A stretch of 64,000 nt of DNA from Octopus vulgaris (lineage: Eukaryota), in NCBI GenBank assembly GCA_951406725.2, contig OX597817.1, positions 166,842,001 to 166,906,000 of the forward strand, given 5' to 3'. Position numbers and translations under genes: made by a program. Positions 27,600-41,480 of the stretch are shown piece by piece; position 1 is the stretch's first letter; every line of letters starts with the position of its first letter. The notes beneath the pieces were generated by a model. It was not told the origin of the DNA. It searched no databases and was given only the letters and a program-made list of their open reading frames with translations.

Positions 27600-28189
27600 C
27601 AACTTAAGTACCATATTCATCTGAATCTAAATTTTTGCTGAAGTCATCTACCATACCCAAAGTACATATATACACACACACACACATACATAAATGCATA
27701 TATACATACATAAATGCATATATACATACATGAACATACACACCTGCACACACAGATCCATTTAATTTTACCCATCATGACTAAATCCAGGTCTTCAAAC
27801 AAACATGCATTATATATATATTATACATATGTTTGTGTGTAACTGTACACGCACACACATACACACACAGAAGACAGAAAGGAATAGAAAGGGAGAAAGT
27901 GGAAGATAGAGTATTTTACATATTTTTCCTTCGAAATATTTATGAGATATTAAGTATCACTGGTAACATTTATTTATGGTTCAATGCTTAGAACTGGAGC
28001 TAAACTAGATGCGTGGTATTTACCAAAGTGTATGTTTGATGATATAATTTTACAAAGTTTAACTACAGTTTGATTCTAGTTTACACTGTGTGTGTACTAT
28101 AAACATGTGCCTATTCAATATACGTACGTACGTACATTTATATACACAAATATATATATACATACGCACACATACACACACACACACAT

Positions 28190-28259
<70 letters not shown>

Positions 28260-28264
28260 CACAC

Positions 28265-28309
28265 ATGGATTTGGTAGACGGAAACTGAAAGAAGCCCGTC
28301 GTATATATG

Positions 28310-28342
<33 letters not shown>

Positions 28343-28625
28343 TGTGTGTGTTTGTGTGTCTGTGTTTGTCCCTAGCATTGTTGACGATGATAGGTTCAAT
28401 TAAAGGCGTGCTCCACATGCCGGGAACATTATCAAGCTCTTTGGAATGTGTGTATGTGTGTGAGTGTGTGTGGCAGTGTGGAAAGAAACTTGCTTCCAAA
28501 CCACACGGCTCCAGGTTCAGTCTCACTGCGTGGAATATTCAGCAAGTGTCTTTTACTGTAGCCTCGGGCTGACCACAGCCTTGTGAGTGGATTTGGTAGA
28601 CGGAAACAGTAAGAAACCGGTTGCA
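28265..28625 (+). mobile_element. Two partial SINE B copies
   Basis: tggatttggtagacggaaac occurs twice. Confidence 0.75.
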
Positions 28626-28693
28626 TAATATAAATATATATATATATATATAATAGCTAGATAGCTAGATAGATATGTGTGTATGTGTGTGCG

Positions 28694-28758
<65 letters not shown>

Positions 28759-28763
<5 letters not shown>

Positions 28764-29012
28764 GTTGGCAACTAAGTTCCCACCGTTTTTTAAATAAAAT
28801 TTTTTTTTAAAGGTTTAATAAAAAAAAATAACAACTAATTAATCAATAATATATTCACCCTTGTTGTTTACAACTTCTTCCCAACATTCAACAAGATTTT
28901 CAATACCTCGTTGGTAGAATTCAGCCGATTTCGACTCAAAAAATTGATCCAACCAAGCTCTCAATTCTGCATCAGTATTGAACGAAACTCCGCGCATAGC
29001 ATTCGAAAACAT
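28759..29012 (-). mobile_element. Mariner transposase C-terminus plus right TIR
   Basis: FNTDAELRAWLDQFFESKSAEFYQRGIENLVECWEEVVNNKGEYIID; end tattatgttggcaactaag abuts (TA)n. Confidence 0.85.
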
Positions 29013-29419
<407 letters not shown>

Positions 29420-29455
29420 GAAGAAGAAGAAGAAAAAGAAGAAGAAGAAGAAGAA

Positions 29456-29632
29456 TCCTTTCTAGTAAAGGCACAAGACATGATATTTTTGTTGGGGTGA
29501 GGACTAGTCGATTACATCGACCCCAGCGTTCCACTGTTACTTAATTTATAGACCCCGTAAAGAAGAAAAGCAAAGTCGACGCCGGCAGAATTTGAACTCA
29601 GAACGTAAAGACGGACGAAATGCTGCTAAGCC
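29456..29632 (-). mobile_element. SINE family C
   Basis: aaggcacaag...gtcgattacatcgacccca...tttgaactcagaacgtaaag. Confidence 0.8.
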
Positions 29633-29943
29633 TCGCTACTTTCTGTATAAACATAAAACTCTCTTAAATTATCTTTCTCCCGTCTTAAGTATTCATTTAT
29701 AAGAGAATATTATAATTGGATCGTAAATAATCTCTCAAATATGTGTTGTTTTAGTGATTCTTAAAATATTTGGTTGTCATACATTCAATCCCTTTTATTT
29801 TCTTTCACTAATATGACCTGAAATCAGTTTATTTGAACATTTTGACCTCGAATGATATTGAGATGCAATAAAGAACGGAGTCGGCCACATCTAAGGTTGA
29901 AATATAAATATTACACCAACATTGTACATTATATAATGTATGC

Positions 29944-29978
<35 letters not shown>

Positions 29979-30163
29979 ATATACATATATGTATATGTGT
30001 GTATGTATTATAATAGCCATGCACGGACACACACACAAACACGTGCACGCACACACTCATACACACATACATATACATATACATGCATATACATATACAT
30101 GCACACATATATATATATACATATACATGTGTGTGTATGTATATAACCATACATATATCTATT

Positions 30164-30312
<149 letters not shown>

Positions 30313-30894
30313 GTCTATCTCTGAACAGTGTGCTAATGTGAGTTCAATCTGTTTTGTACTTGTAAGTGTTCAGCAAAATGTATACCAGTAATTTATACGA
30401 GTGACATATATATATAGTCTCCACTTCTCGTTTCCGGTTCAACCAACCCGTATCAGCCCTTTATTTCTGTATCAACCTGTATCAGCGCCCTTTATTTCCA
30501 ATCCTTCAGGATTTCCCTCTAAGCTTTACCCATGCTTCATCATCATCTGGCTTAAATGCTGCATTCTTTTTGTTTTTGTTTTTGTTTTTATTTTGTTTTT
30601 GTCCTTCTTTTTACGTCTTGAATTACATTTATTCATTTTCGTGTGTTCACATCTGTATCTCTTACCATCCACGTACTGTTTGTTTGTGCTCGGTCCAATA
30701 TTCTCTGCAACTCTTGCAGCTGCCTCCAGCTGGGAAACGATCTAATCGTTAAAGGCACGAAATTGCGTCATACCCCATTTTCGATAACTGGTGGGAACCT
30801 TTTGTGTCTGTTTTCCGTTCGTCTCTGCATTTTCTATACATTTCTTCACTTATCAACTAAGAAGAAAGCATATATATATGTATATATGTATATT

Positions 30895-30976
<82 letters not shown>

Positions 30977-31202
30977 TATTATCAATAATAATAAAGAGTG
31001 AAATTAATTAATGAATTAATAATTAATAATTTTACCAAGTAGTTCGGTATGTTAAAAGACCCATTATCGGTAACCTTATACAAACATTCTATAATTATAA
31101 GCATAATTATAATTAGGGTTCAGCAAAAATTGCTTCACCACATACCGAAATTTAGAAATTGCAGCTAAATACTATTCGACTACCATAAGATATCTCCTAT
31201 AT

Positions 31203-31257
<55 letters not shown>

Positions 31258-31750
31258 CATATGTTTGTATGTATGTATATATATATATGTATGTATATAG
31301 TTATATATGTATGTTTACATATGTATGTATGTATGGTTGCATGTATGTATACGTGGGCCACAATGTAAAAACGCATGTCTTGATGCTTGTCTGATGAACT
31401 ACAATTAAGTTGTAATGAACCACACGCACACAGCAAGTATTCTTATGGCAGGGTCCGAGGTTATAGTTCTTTATTCTGAATTGTAAATCAGTGGTTGCGA
31501 CCCTAATCAAACTGGTTCTTACACAGAGTGATATAGAAGACAATGCACAAATAAGCCAAATTTATTCTAATAAAGAAAAAAGTATGTAATGACCAATATT
31601 TATACCTTGTCTTATACATAATGTATATACCCTGTCTTATACATTATCTATGCCCGGTCTTAAACACACACACACACACACACACCTATGTATACATATG
31701 TATCTATATGCATGTATAAATATATATATTCTCCTTCATTTTCATTTCAG

Positions 31751-31781
31751 ATACCAAAACTGTCATCAGACGAGATTGAAG
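31751..31781 (+). CDS. Candidate 31-nt coding micro-exon (IPKLSSDEIE plus G) of an EF-hand gene, most like myosin essential light chain
   Basis: Pyrimidine tract ttctccttcatttttcatttcag| and donor AAG|gtaaga; peptide resembles scallop ELC N-terminus PKLSQDEID; size and phase (0 to 1) match calmodulin-family exon 2. No partner exon found in window. Confidence 0.5.
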
Positions 31782-31861
31782 GTAAGAATTGATTTTTCAC
31801 TTGCTTATACGTTTCTATTTCTCCTGTGTGATATGTATATGTATGCGTGCGCGGTAATATA

Positions 31862-31935
<74 letters not shown>

Positions 31936-31953
31936 ATATATATATATATATGA

Positions 31954-32012
<59 letters not shown>

Positions 32013-32064
32013 GTATAATATATATGTATACATATACTTATATATATATATGAATACATATATT

Positions 32065-32147
<83 letters not shown>

Positions 32148-32603
32148 CATTTATATATAATATATACATATTTTTATATATGTATATGTATATATATATA
32201 TGTATATATATATATTCATATGATCTAGTTAGTTTCTCAAGGAAAGAAGATGAGAGTAACCTATTATGCAGGATGCAGACCTATGATTTATTCATTAAAT
32301 CTGAATTTCTTTTATATTTGATTATTTATTATTGTTGTTGTTGCTGATACGATATTCTGAAAAGGAAAATTCTATTATTACTTCTGTTTCTTTCATTTTA
32401 TATACAATACAGTGACTTCTTCCTTTATTAAGTGCCTGCGTTCTTTATTTTGTGACTATTTGCAATAATATTGGTTTTAAATTTTGCCTCAAGGACAGTA
32501 ATTTTAAGTGATGACTAAATCGATTACTTCAATTCCAGTGCCTCACTGATGCTTATTTTATCATTCCCGAAAGAACGAAAGGCAACTAATGAAGTCAGTT
32601 ATA

Positions 32604-33386
32604 CAGTGCCGGATGTTCATAGACAATAGTGCACGATTTTGTATCTTTTCAGTTTGACTGCCTGTTTTCGAAAATTCAAAATTTATTGAAAATTTTGGAG
32701 TTTGATACATTAATGTAATTTTCCAAGCTGAATCTCAGGAGATATTTAACTTTTTCCAGGAAAATTGTTGAAAAGAGTTATAGAGGTTTAACTTTTGATC
32801 ATTTTTACCCAATCAGAAAACAGGATTTGGATGATGTCATTTTGTGCGTGACAGGACATGTCGACTCTAAACAAATGAAATACTGGCAGGATTCTGCTTT
32901 ACTCACGCCATATAACCACTCATAATTAAAAAAATTTTTTAGAATTTGCAGGAAATTTTTGCGAATCTGTATTCTACACACGGGAATTCAGACGATTATG
33001 CAAAAACCAAAATTTGGGGGTGCGTGATAAAGGGCCAATTTAGCTGTTATTTTTAGCACAGCTCAGCATCACCCCAATGAATAGAATATATTTATCAACA
33101 CGTGCTTACTTGCAGACGAAAGAGTTCTCATGCTTGGCTTGTTACTATGGAAACAAGCATAAATGAGTCTGTGGCTTACGATTGGCTAAATTCACCCAAA
33201 ATTGGCGAATTTTAAAAGCTATCAATCAATTCTTTATTTATGGCGAAAATGCATTTCAAGGCATTGATTAGAATATAAAGCTATATCATTACACCGAATA
33301 TGAAATCAATTAGAACAGAAATTGAGGAGATTGGAAATTGGCAGCCAAAAAAATTCTTAATCTTTATCTACATGAATCAGTACTGG
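32604..33386. mobile_element. Old non-autonomous DNA transposon (Tc1-like CAGT ends)
   Basis: Loose TIRs cagtgccggatgttcatagac / tctacatgaatcagtactg. Confidence 0.3.
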
Positions 33387-34048
33387 CAGTCTTATTCCAG
33401 TAAAACATTTCTATGACTTTATTTTGGCCGGAGATGGTCGTTGTTTCCCAAAATGCAATTACCTTCAATATAAAATTTGTGATCACCTTGAATATAAAAT
33501 ATACAAGTGTACAGTTTAGTTCTTGTAAAGTTCTTATGTAAATTTAACTGTATTTGTCTACGTATTTGTTTGTATATGTGTGTATGTATTTGCATAACTG
33601 AATTGTGTCGTAACAGAATTGTGTCTTAACAGAATTGTAAACATATCAATTTAATAAATTTATTAGCAAAAACTCTAGTAATTTGAGTCACTATTCCTTC
33701 TCTATGTGTTTATACACATACTCTTATGTGAGTATATATATAAATTGATTGGGGCGGGTTGAAAATGCACCTGAGTTTTCAACGTGTAGTTTTTAGATTT
33801 TGTAGCGAATTTATTAAAATATCAAAAGCGTATTTTTTGTTTTTCAATGGTAAATATAGGAAATTAGGAGTGACTGAAAGTACAGGGGAAAATTAAGAAA
33901 CATATTCTCAAAAAATTAAATGTTCATACAAATTCTAATATTTAATAAGATTCGCAAAGATACACAGTTATACAAGTTCAAATGCTCGATCAATCATACG
34001 TGAGATATATACATATACACACATACATATATACATACATACACACAC

Positions 34049-34112
<64 letters not shown>

Positions 34113-34116
34113 TGGT

Positions 34117-34450
34117 GACCCCCTTCGGTCAGACACTGACCATGGGTTTGCACCTAGAGAGTTACCCTCCGAGGCACAAGTCTGGGCAAGGTTGTTTTAT
34201 GGAAGACCACCAGTCGCCCATGCATACCGGCCTCCCCTCTCCACGTCACCGATGTTGTCCAAAGGAAAGGCAAGGGCCGATACAGCTTGGCACCTGTGAC
34301 GTCGCAACTCATTTCTACACCTGAGTGAACTGGAGCAACGTGAAATAAAGTGTCTTGCTCAAGAACACAACACGCAGCCCGGTCCGGGATTCGAGCTCAC
34401 AACCTCACGATCGTAAGCTCGATGCTCTAACCACTGAGCCACGCGCCTTC
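34117..34450 (-). mobile_element. SINE family A, full length
   Basis: Reverse complement of 24587-24927. Confidence 0.9.
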
Positions 34451-34454
34451 AGTT

Positions 34455-35890
34455 ATAATGATAATCTATGGATGGAATTTATAAACATTTTAATGCAGCG
34501 CTACCAGCGTTTCCTCAAATCACGTTTCATCCGACCGTAGTTCATACTCCTGGGATGATTTACAGTACAATCTGTAACGTCAATGGACATCAAGTAGATG
34601 TTATTTCATGCGTTCATTTCTTCGGCCAATATGGTATTAAAGTTGGAAGTAACGAATGTGTAACTGAAGGATGTTTATCAATTTTCACCAATGGGGGTTC
34701 ATTGGGTTTGTGGGCAGTCCTGTGTGCGTTTGGTAGGGAAGAAGAGAAGAGAAAGGAATGATAATAATGAAGGAGAGGGTACAGTGTGTGGTGAAGCCAA
34801 ATTTGTGTTGATATTTGTGAGTGCAAATGTTGGGATGGGTAGTGCAGGTTATTGGTTCGACCTTAGTCAGAGCAGGCACTCCTCAATAAATTCAGATTTT
34901 AGGGATTGGAAGCAAACTTTGTTTTGGTTCTGTGGTACATTGTCTGAGTTGATAAATGATGTGTCCTTAATCGGCCCTTTTAATTTTTTCTGGTAGTACA
35001 GTGACATAGCATAGGAAAATAACTAGTTTTTTTAGTTTAGTTCGTTTATATGTTCTTCTCTTGTTCAGTTAATGTTTCTCTGTTTCATAACGTTCTATTC
35101 GAATTCTATGAAGGATATTCCGATCTTATGCTTTCATGGTACAATTACTTCAGAATGTTTATTAATTATGTGTTCCCTGGATGTGATGATATCCAGGATC
35201 TGCTCAAGACATAAGTTACACACTGGTGATGTACTATTGTATGATCTATGGTTGTATGCTCCACTTTATTCTGTTTGAGCCTCCAGATGAGGTTAGAGAA
35301 TGATGTACAGTGCCTTTTGTTTACATTGGAAAATTACGTAAGATGGTTGCGCAGACGATTTTTTATGGTGTCTCCGGTTCCACCAATCTACACACACATT
35401 TGTAAACTACGTTCTTTACTATGCAGTTGTTATTAAATTGGCATTCATTTTTCCATCTGCAGTTACATGTTACATTATTTTTTCTGGTTCTGTAAACAGA
35501 GTTATTTTAGTTCTCACATTCCTTCTACCTCCTGCAATTGTGTTCTTAAAGTCTTCGAGTATGGATTGCACTGCCAATGGTATGGCGCTGCTTGGACCCG
35601 TTCCTGTTATGGAGACGCTTTTATTATTCATATTCGCAACCGTTCCTTCGTTGTTTATTTTGTTTTGATCTGCGGTATATCCGTTATCCCCCCCTAATTT
35701 TATTTTATTAAGTTTTATGTTATTTAATTTGTGTATGTGATATTCTAAATTTTGCGATATCGCATATGTTAATTTCACATAATGTCTATTGATGATTTTG
35801 TGATATTTGCTAGATTTAGGTAACTGCCTGTCTAGCTCTGAGCAGAATTCTTGACCTATTTTGGATGTTATTTTATATATTATACTTTTT
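34455..35890 (-). pseudogene. Decayed Penelope-like element: RT thumb, linker and GIY-YIG endonuclease (35105-35890), plus a weaker second remnant to 34455
   Basis: Minus-strand translation SKIGQEF..LDRQLPKSSKYHKIINRHYVKLTY; VVYKC..IGGTGDTIKNRLRNH..IWRLK..CNLCLEQ..INKHSE. Confidence 0.75.
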
Positions 35891-35986
35891 CAGGAAGATT
35901 GGTCACAGTGACTTCTAAGTTTCGACTTCAGTCCCATGAAGACTAGCAAGCTAGAATTTCAAAGTTGCAGTCACCATTTTTCTTGC

Positions 35987-36903
35987 AAAAGTATAATACA
36001 TATGTACTCTACGAAAAGTACAGATAATTCTTCAGTCTGATCTAAAGTAAGGCGGCGAACTGGCAGAATCGTTAGTACACCGGACAAAATGCTTAGCGGC
36101 TTTTCGTCAGCTTTTAAAGTAATTTCCAGTTGATCACTAGGATCGATGTAATCAACTTTACCCCTCCCCCGAAATTGCCGGCCTTGTATCAAAATTTGAA
36201 ATCATTATGAAACTTGACATAAGGCGGCGCGCTGGTAGAATCGGTAGCGCTCCGGGAAAAATGTTTCGCATGTCTTTTGCCTTCGGAGTTCAAATCCCAC
36301 AAAGGTCAAAGTTACCGTTCATCCTGGCGGGATCGATAATATAAATATCAGTTGAACACTGAAGTCGATGTAATCGACTAACTCCAACCCCTAAAATTGC
36401 TGGCCTTGAGCCAAAATTTGAAACCGTTTTGACTACACACGAAAACAAACCTTAATACACACTCACACATAGTACTTGGCTCTTATCTCAAAACAACCAG
36501 TTCTCTCCATTTATGTAAATTCTTGAGTAGACGATGGAGGGTGAACCATTCGTCTCTACTCGATTCCCAGAAACATAAGAAAAAAATTTGCTTTTGGATT
36601 TGGTTTGCAAGATTCTTTATATGAGATCGTGTGTTGAAGCATATTCTGTTGTGTCTGGGGAAAGTCATTTTCTTTTTGTGCCTTATAACGTAACACACTC
36701 ACCGGTAAAATTTCCACTTATTTCAATAGTCAAGACTATTGAAAAGGTTGCAAGACGCAACGAAAATTTTAGGAAAATAAAAATAAGAAATAAGTGGAAA
36801 TTTTACCGGTGAGTGTGTTTATATTATAAGGCACAAAAAGAAAATGACTCTCCCCAGAAGAATTATCTGTACTTTTCGTAGAGTGCATATGTATTATACT
36901 TTT
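35987..36903. repeat. Nested inverted repeats (outer 35987-36032/36858-36903; inner 36654-36723/36787-36858) enclosing two SINE C copies (36049-36208, 36221-36427)
   Basis: Direct reverse-complement matches. Confidence 0.8.
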
Positions 36904-37354
36904 AAGAAAAATTAAAAATTAAAAAAAAAAAATTACGTAAGCCTGTAAGCTTCAAACCTAAACACCGATGAGATTATTGGTCACTTCCCGCCTACCCTGA
37001 AAGCCAACACACTAAATTAATGGATTCGATCGAGAAATACGATATCTGGTTCTCAAATTGTTTCAGCTGTTGTTTTAGCGATACTGTTTGTGTTTTATCT
37101 GATAATTATGCATGAATTCAGACTGTTTCCTATCAGATTATCTCTTGCCAACCGTTACACATACATATATCCATACAATGTGCACAGTTATGCGCAGATG
37201 AACACTGCTTTTATGCAGTCAATCTTCCGTATCGTCATTATCTCTATATTATTTATCATTTTAGTTTCACTGATTCTAATACTTTGGTTTCGATAAAGAG
37301 GCGTTTCGTTTTGTTCTCATCTCAACCTCCTCTTAAATTATCTTTTATCTTTTT

Positions 37355-37606
37355 CTTTTATCTTTCACTTGTTTCAGTTACTTGACTGCGGCTATGCTGG
37401 GGCACCACCTAAAAGGGTCTTAGTCAAACAGATCGATCCCAGTATTATTTTCTTTTTAAAATCAGTCGGCCTGTTTTGCCAAACTGCTAGGTGAGATAGG
37501 CATAAACAAAAGAACATCGGTTGTCAAGCGGTGGTGGGGGACAAACACAACCCCCGCCCACATATGTATATGTATATATACATATATATATTATATATGT
37601 GTATAT

Positions 37607-37660
<54 letters not shown>

Positions 37661-37737
37661 AAGGGAAAAGAGAGGGAATGATGCAAATAAAGAAATAAAA
37701 CTGTTTGGGTTTGATCTCAAGAATCTCTGGATCTCAT

Positions 37738-37778
<41 letters not shown>

Positions 37779-37916
37779 GCAAAATGGGACAAGAAGGCAA
37801 AACATCCGGACAGCTAGGTGATACAAAACTGGGACAATAAAACATCCAGATAGACGACACAAAGAAAACAAGGATGGGTCATTCCAAGTTTTCTTTCCTC
37901 AGTCAAGCCGCAATTT

Positions 37917-37967
<51 letters not shown>

Positions 37968-38152
37968 CACACACACACGACGGGCTCCTTTTTTTTTTTT
38001 TTTTTGTTTCTGTCTACCAAATCCACTCTCAAATCTTTTGTCGGCCCGGCGCTATAGCAGAAGACACTTGCCCTAGTTTCCACACAGTGGGATTGAAACT
38101 GGAATGGGTGTGGTCGAGAAGCAAACATGTTACAACAGCGCAACGTCTGCGC
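37355..38152 (-). mobile_element. SINE family B split by microsatellite expansion and an insertion (37770-37920)
   Basis: 3' half 37355-37550, 5' half 37978-38152. Confidence 0.75.
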
Positions 38153-38523
38153 TGCTCCAGTTAGGTTATTATTATTATATATTTATATGTAAATCATGCG
38201 TGTAGGCAGCTTAATCTACATAAGTAACTTGCATATATTGACACGAAAGTGAAAGTACAACACTGGATACAATACACGCGAATGCAATAGAAGTTTTTGT
38301 TCCGTTTTGTTTATTTAATGGCTTCGTTGGGCTAAAGGGGGTGTGCTCATGCTTTTTGCAGGCCTATCTAAACTTACCAGATGATGATGCTCAGTGTGTA
38401 GATTATAACAGGATGGTTAATTCCTGTAAATGCTGAGTTGAGAGACTATATTCAGTATTTGTTAGCTGCACATTCACATTCTCTAGATACTGACACAAAT
38501 TTGGAGATGCTTTCTGATTTAAA

Positions 38524-38822
38524 GTGGAGGCACAGTGGCCCAGTGGTTAGGGCAGCGGACTCGCGGTCGGGGGATCGCGGTTTCGATTCCCAGACCGGGC
38601 GTTGTGTGTGTTTGTTGAGCGAAAACACCTAAAAGCTCCACGAGGCGCCGGCAGGGGGTGGTGGCGACCACTATTGTACTCTTTTGCCATAACTTTCTCT
38701 TACTCTCCCTTCTTGTTTCTTGAGCGATGGACTGGCGTCCCGTCCAGCTGGGGGGAACGCATACGCCACAGAAACCCGGGAAACCGGGCCCATGAGCCTG
38801 GATAGGCTTGAAAAGGGCGACG
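38524..38822 (+). mobile_element. SINE family D, tail type 1
   Basis: tggcccagtggttagggcagcggactcgcgg...gtttcgattccc; tail gatggactggcgtcccgtccag. Confidence 0.85.
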
Positions 38823-38925
38823 TTTATCGTTTTTCTGATTTAATAACATATAGTGTGGAAATATTAACTTGATCGATAAAGCCTGTCTATATTGATCGGA
38901 TAGACATAATCTGTAGATGTTCATT

Positions 38926-39050
38926 GGTGAAGGCGCATGGCTTACTGGTTAGGATAGTCGGCTCAAGATCGTAAGGTCGTCAGTTCGATTCCTGGCGGTG
39001 CGTTATGTGCTTGAGAAAGACACTTTTTTTCACGTTGCTCCAGTCCACAG
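38926..39050 (+). mobile_element. SINE family A, 5' part
   Basis: gaaggcgcatggcttactggttag...gttcgattcc. Confidence 0.75.
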
Positions 39051-39124
39051 CTTTAACGTACCCCTAATCTCCTTAAACAGATTTCCATAGCTAATCATGA
39101 TATTAAGCAAGCAGCAACGGGAGT

Positions 39125-39690
39125 AGTACCTGTATTTCAAAGAGTCAGCCTTGTTACATTTAGTGTCACACTGAGAACGATATTAAAAGCGCAGGAGTGG
39201 CTGTGTGGTAAGTAGCTTGCTTACCAGCAACATGGTTCTGGGTTTAGTCCCACTACGGGGCACCTTGAAGAAGTGTCTTCTACTATAGCCTCGGGTTGAC
39301 CAAGGCCTTGTAAGTGGATTTGGTAGACGGAAACTGAAAGAAGCCCGTCATATATATACATATGTGTGTGTGCGTGTGTGTGTGTGTGTGTGTACGTCTG
39401 TGTTTGTCCCCCCACCAACATCACTTGACAACCGATGCTGGTGTGTTTAGGTCACCGTCACTAGCGGTTCGGCCATACAGACCGATAGAATAAGCACTAG
39501 AGATCGATTTGCTCAGCTAAAGGCGGTGCTCCAGCATGGCCGCAGTCAAATGACAGAAAAAAATTAAAGAATAACAAAGAAAAGGAATATCTGCGGAGTG
39601 CTCAGTCACTCGCACGCTCATTTCACAAGCAGGCTGTTCCGTTGGCCGGATCAGTTGGAACACTCTTCGTCATGGACGACGGAATCCCAC
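39125..39690 (+). mobile_element. SINE B (39188-39575) nested in a SINE D-type tail
   Basis: Flanks gtacctgtatttcaaag... and ...gcaggctgttccgttg are contiguous in 58976-59160. Confidence 0.8.
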
Positions 39691-40640
39691 TTAGATGCTC
39701 TCTTAGTAGATATTACACAGTATGTAGATATTGACTGTATAGCCATAATATGTAAATACATGCTGGGGAAATAATACCTAGTATAGATGTTCACTTCATA
39801 GTTTTATATTCTGGTGATACTGACCGTATTGTCAGAGTTTGTGGACGCTTACTGATTAGATATTACAGTATAACAATTTGTAGATGTTTACTGAATAGAT
39901 ATTTATCACACTGAGATAGGTGCAATTTGTAGACAATCGCTGGATAGATAATACAGAGTATGTAGATTTTTGACTAAATAAGTACCGTCTAGAGATATTG
40001 AAAGGACAATATGCAATTATTGGGTGGATAAAAAAATATCCCGTTGATATTATTGCATAGGCACATATTCGTTAATATAGATAGTCAGAATTGTGAAGAT
40101 TGGATTGTGTAAGGTTTAAAAAGCTTAACAAGATAGTTACTAAGTGTGAACGTCGACTGAATGGAAAAATACAGTCAAGATATATCGACTGGATCGTTAC
40201 TGAATGTCATTGTCACCTAAACAGCGGCTATGTTCAACGCTGGGAGCTTGTATAGTATGTCCATGTGGTAAAATCAATTGTTTCTTTAAGTTGGAGTTTT
40301 TGAAAGCCTTTGGGCATTAAATTGGTATTGTTTCTCACAAACACTTTTAATTTAGTCCTTAGTATGAGATGTTGCATGTGTAAACCTGTCCGATTTTTAT
40401 CAACGGATATCGACCTAAAAGCTTTATAGATATTAACTAAGCACTTATTGGTTGAGTCTGTCTACACTATCTCCCCTTTTACTTGCAATAACTTCATCAC
40501 AATAAGGGATCTAACTAATAATTTATAACCGCAACGCCCATCTATACATTAACAAATATTGTTATTGCTAGGACAGTAAGGGCAATGAATACAAAGAGCT
40601 GATACAGTAGTGCAAGCACAGTGCTACTACGACTAGCACC

Positions 40641-40736
<96 letters not shown>

Positions 40737-40737
<1 letters not shown>

Positions 40738-41290
40738 CCCTGATGCAGTACCAGGCAATGGCTCTCATGGCTTCTGATCTTAACTGATTGGAAGTGTTAT
40801 CATGTACATTGTTTTGTCTTGGTATAAAAGATGGGCTACAGCAAATATTCTGCTCAATACCACAGATTTGCTTGTCAGTTGTTTGACCTTAACCATTTGA
40901 GCATGTCCCTTAGTGGCTGACGATATGTGCATCTCTGATCACGAGCAGAAGTAGTGGGGAAGCATCATAGCCATGTGTTGAGAAGGATTCTTTGGGGTTT
41001 GAATAATTCACCTCTGGAAACATGGGTGTTTCGTTCAACGTCCTTAAACAACCCTTATTCAGGGACCTTTTGAGCGGGATGGGTTACTCGATCTGAAGAA
41101 AATTCTAACTGGGCTCCACCTGCAAGGTCATGTGCTGTTTATCTTGATATGAGATCACCATGTCGCGCACATATGGTTGTGATGCATGTGCCTGGTGTAC
41201 CCTTATCAGACGGGTAGTCATGATGGGTATACTGGGCTTCGTATATTTTACCCCAGTGTCACTTTGATGGCATGCTCTGCTCGCTCACTC
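40737..41290 (+). mobile_element. Element E, longest copy (~555 bp), with (AAT)n on both sides
   Basis: gccctgatgcagtaccaggc...ctcactcaataat; seven copies or fragments in window; no credible ORF. Confidence 0.9.
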
Positions 41291-41318
41291 AATAATAATA
41301 ATAATGATAATAATAATG

Positions 41319-41469
<151 letters not shown>

Positions 41470-41480
41470 TAATAATAATA

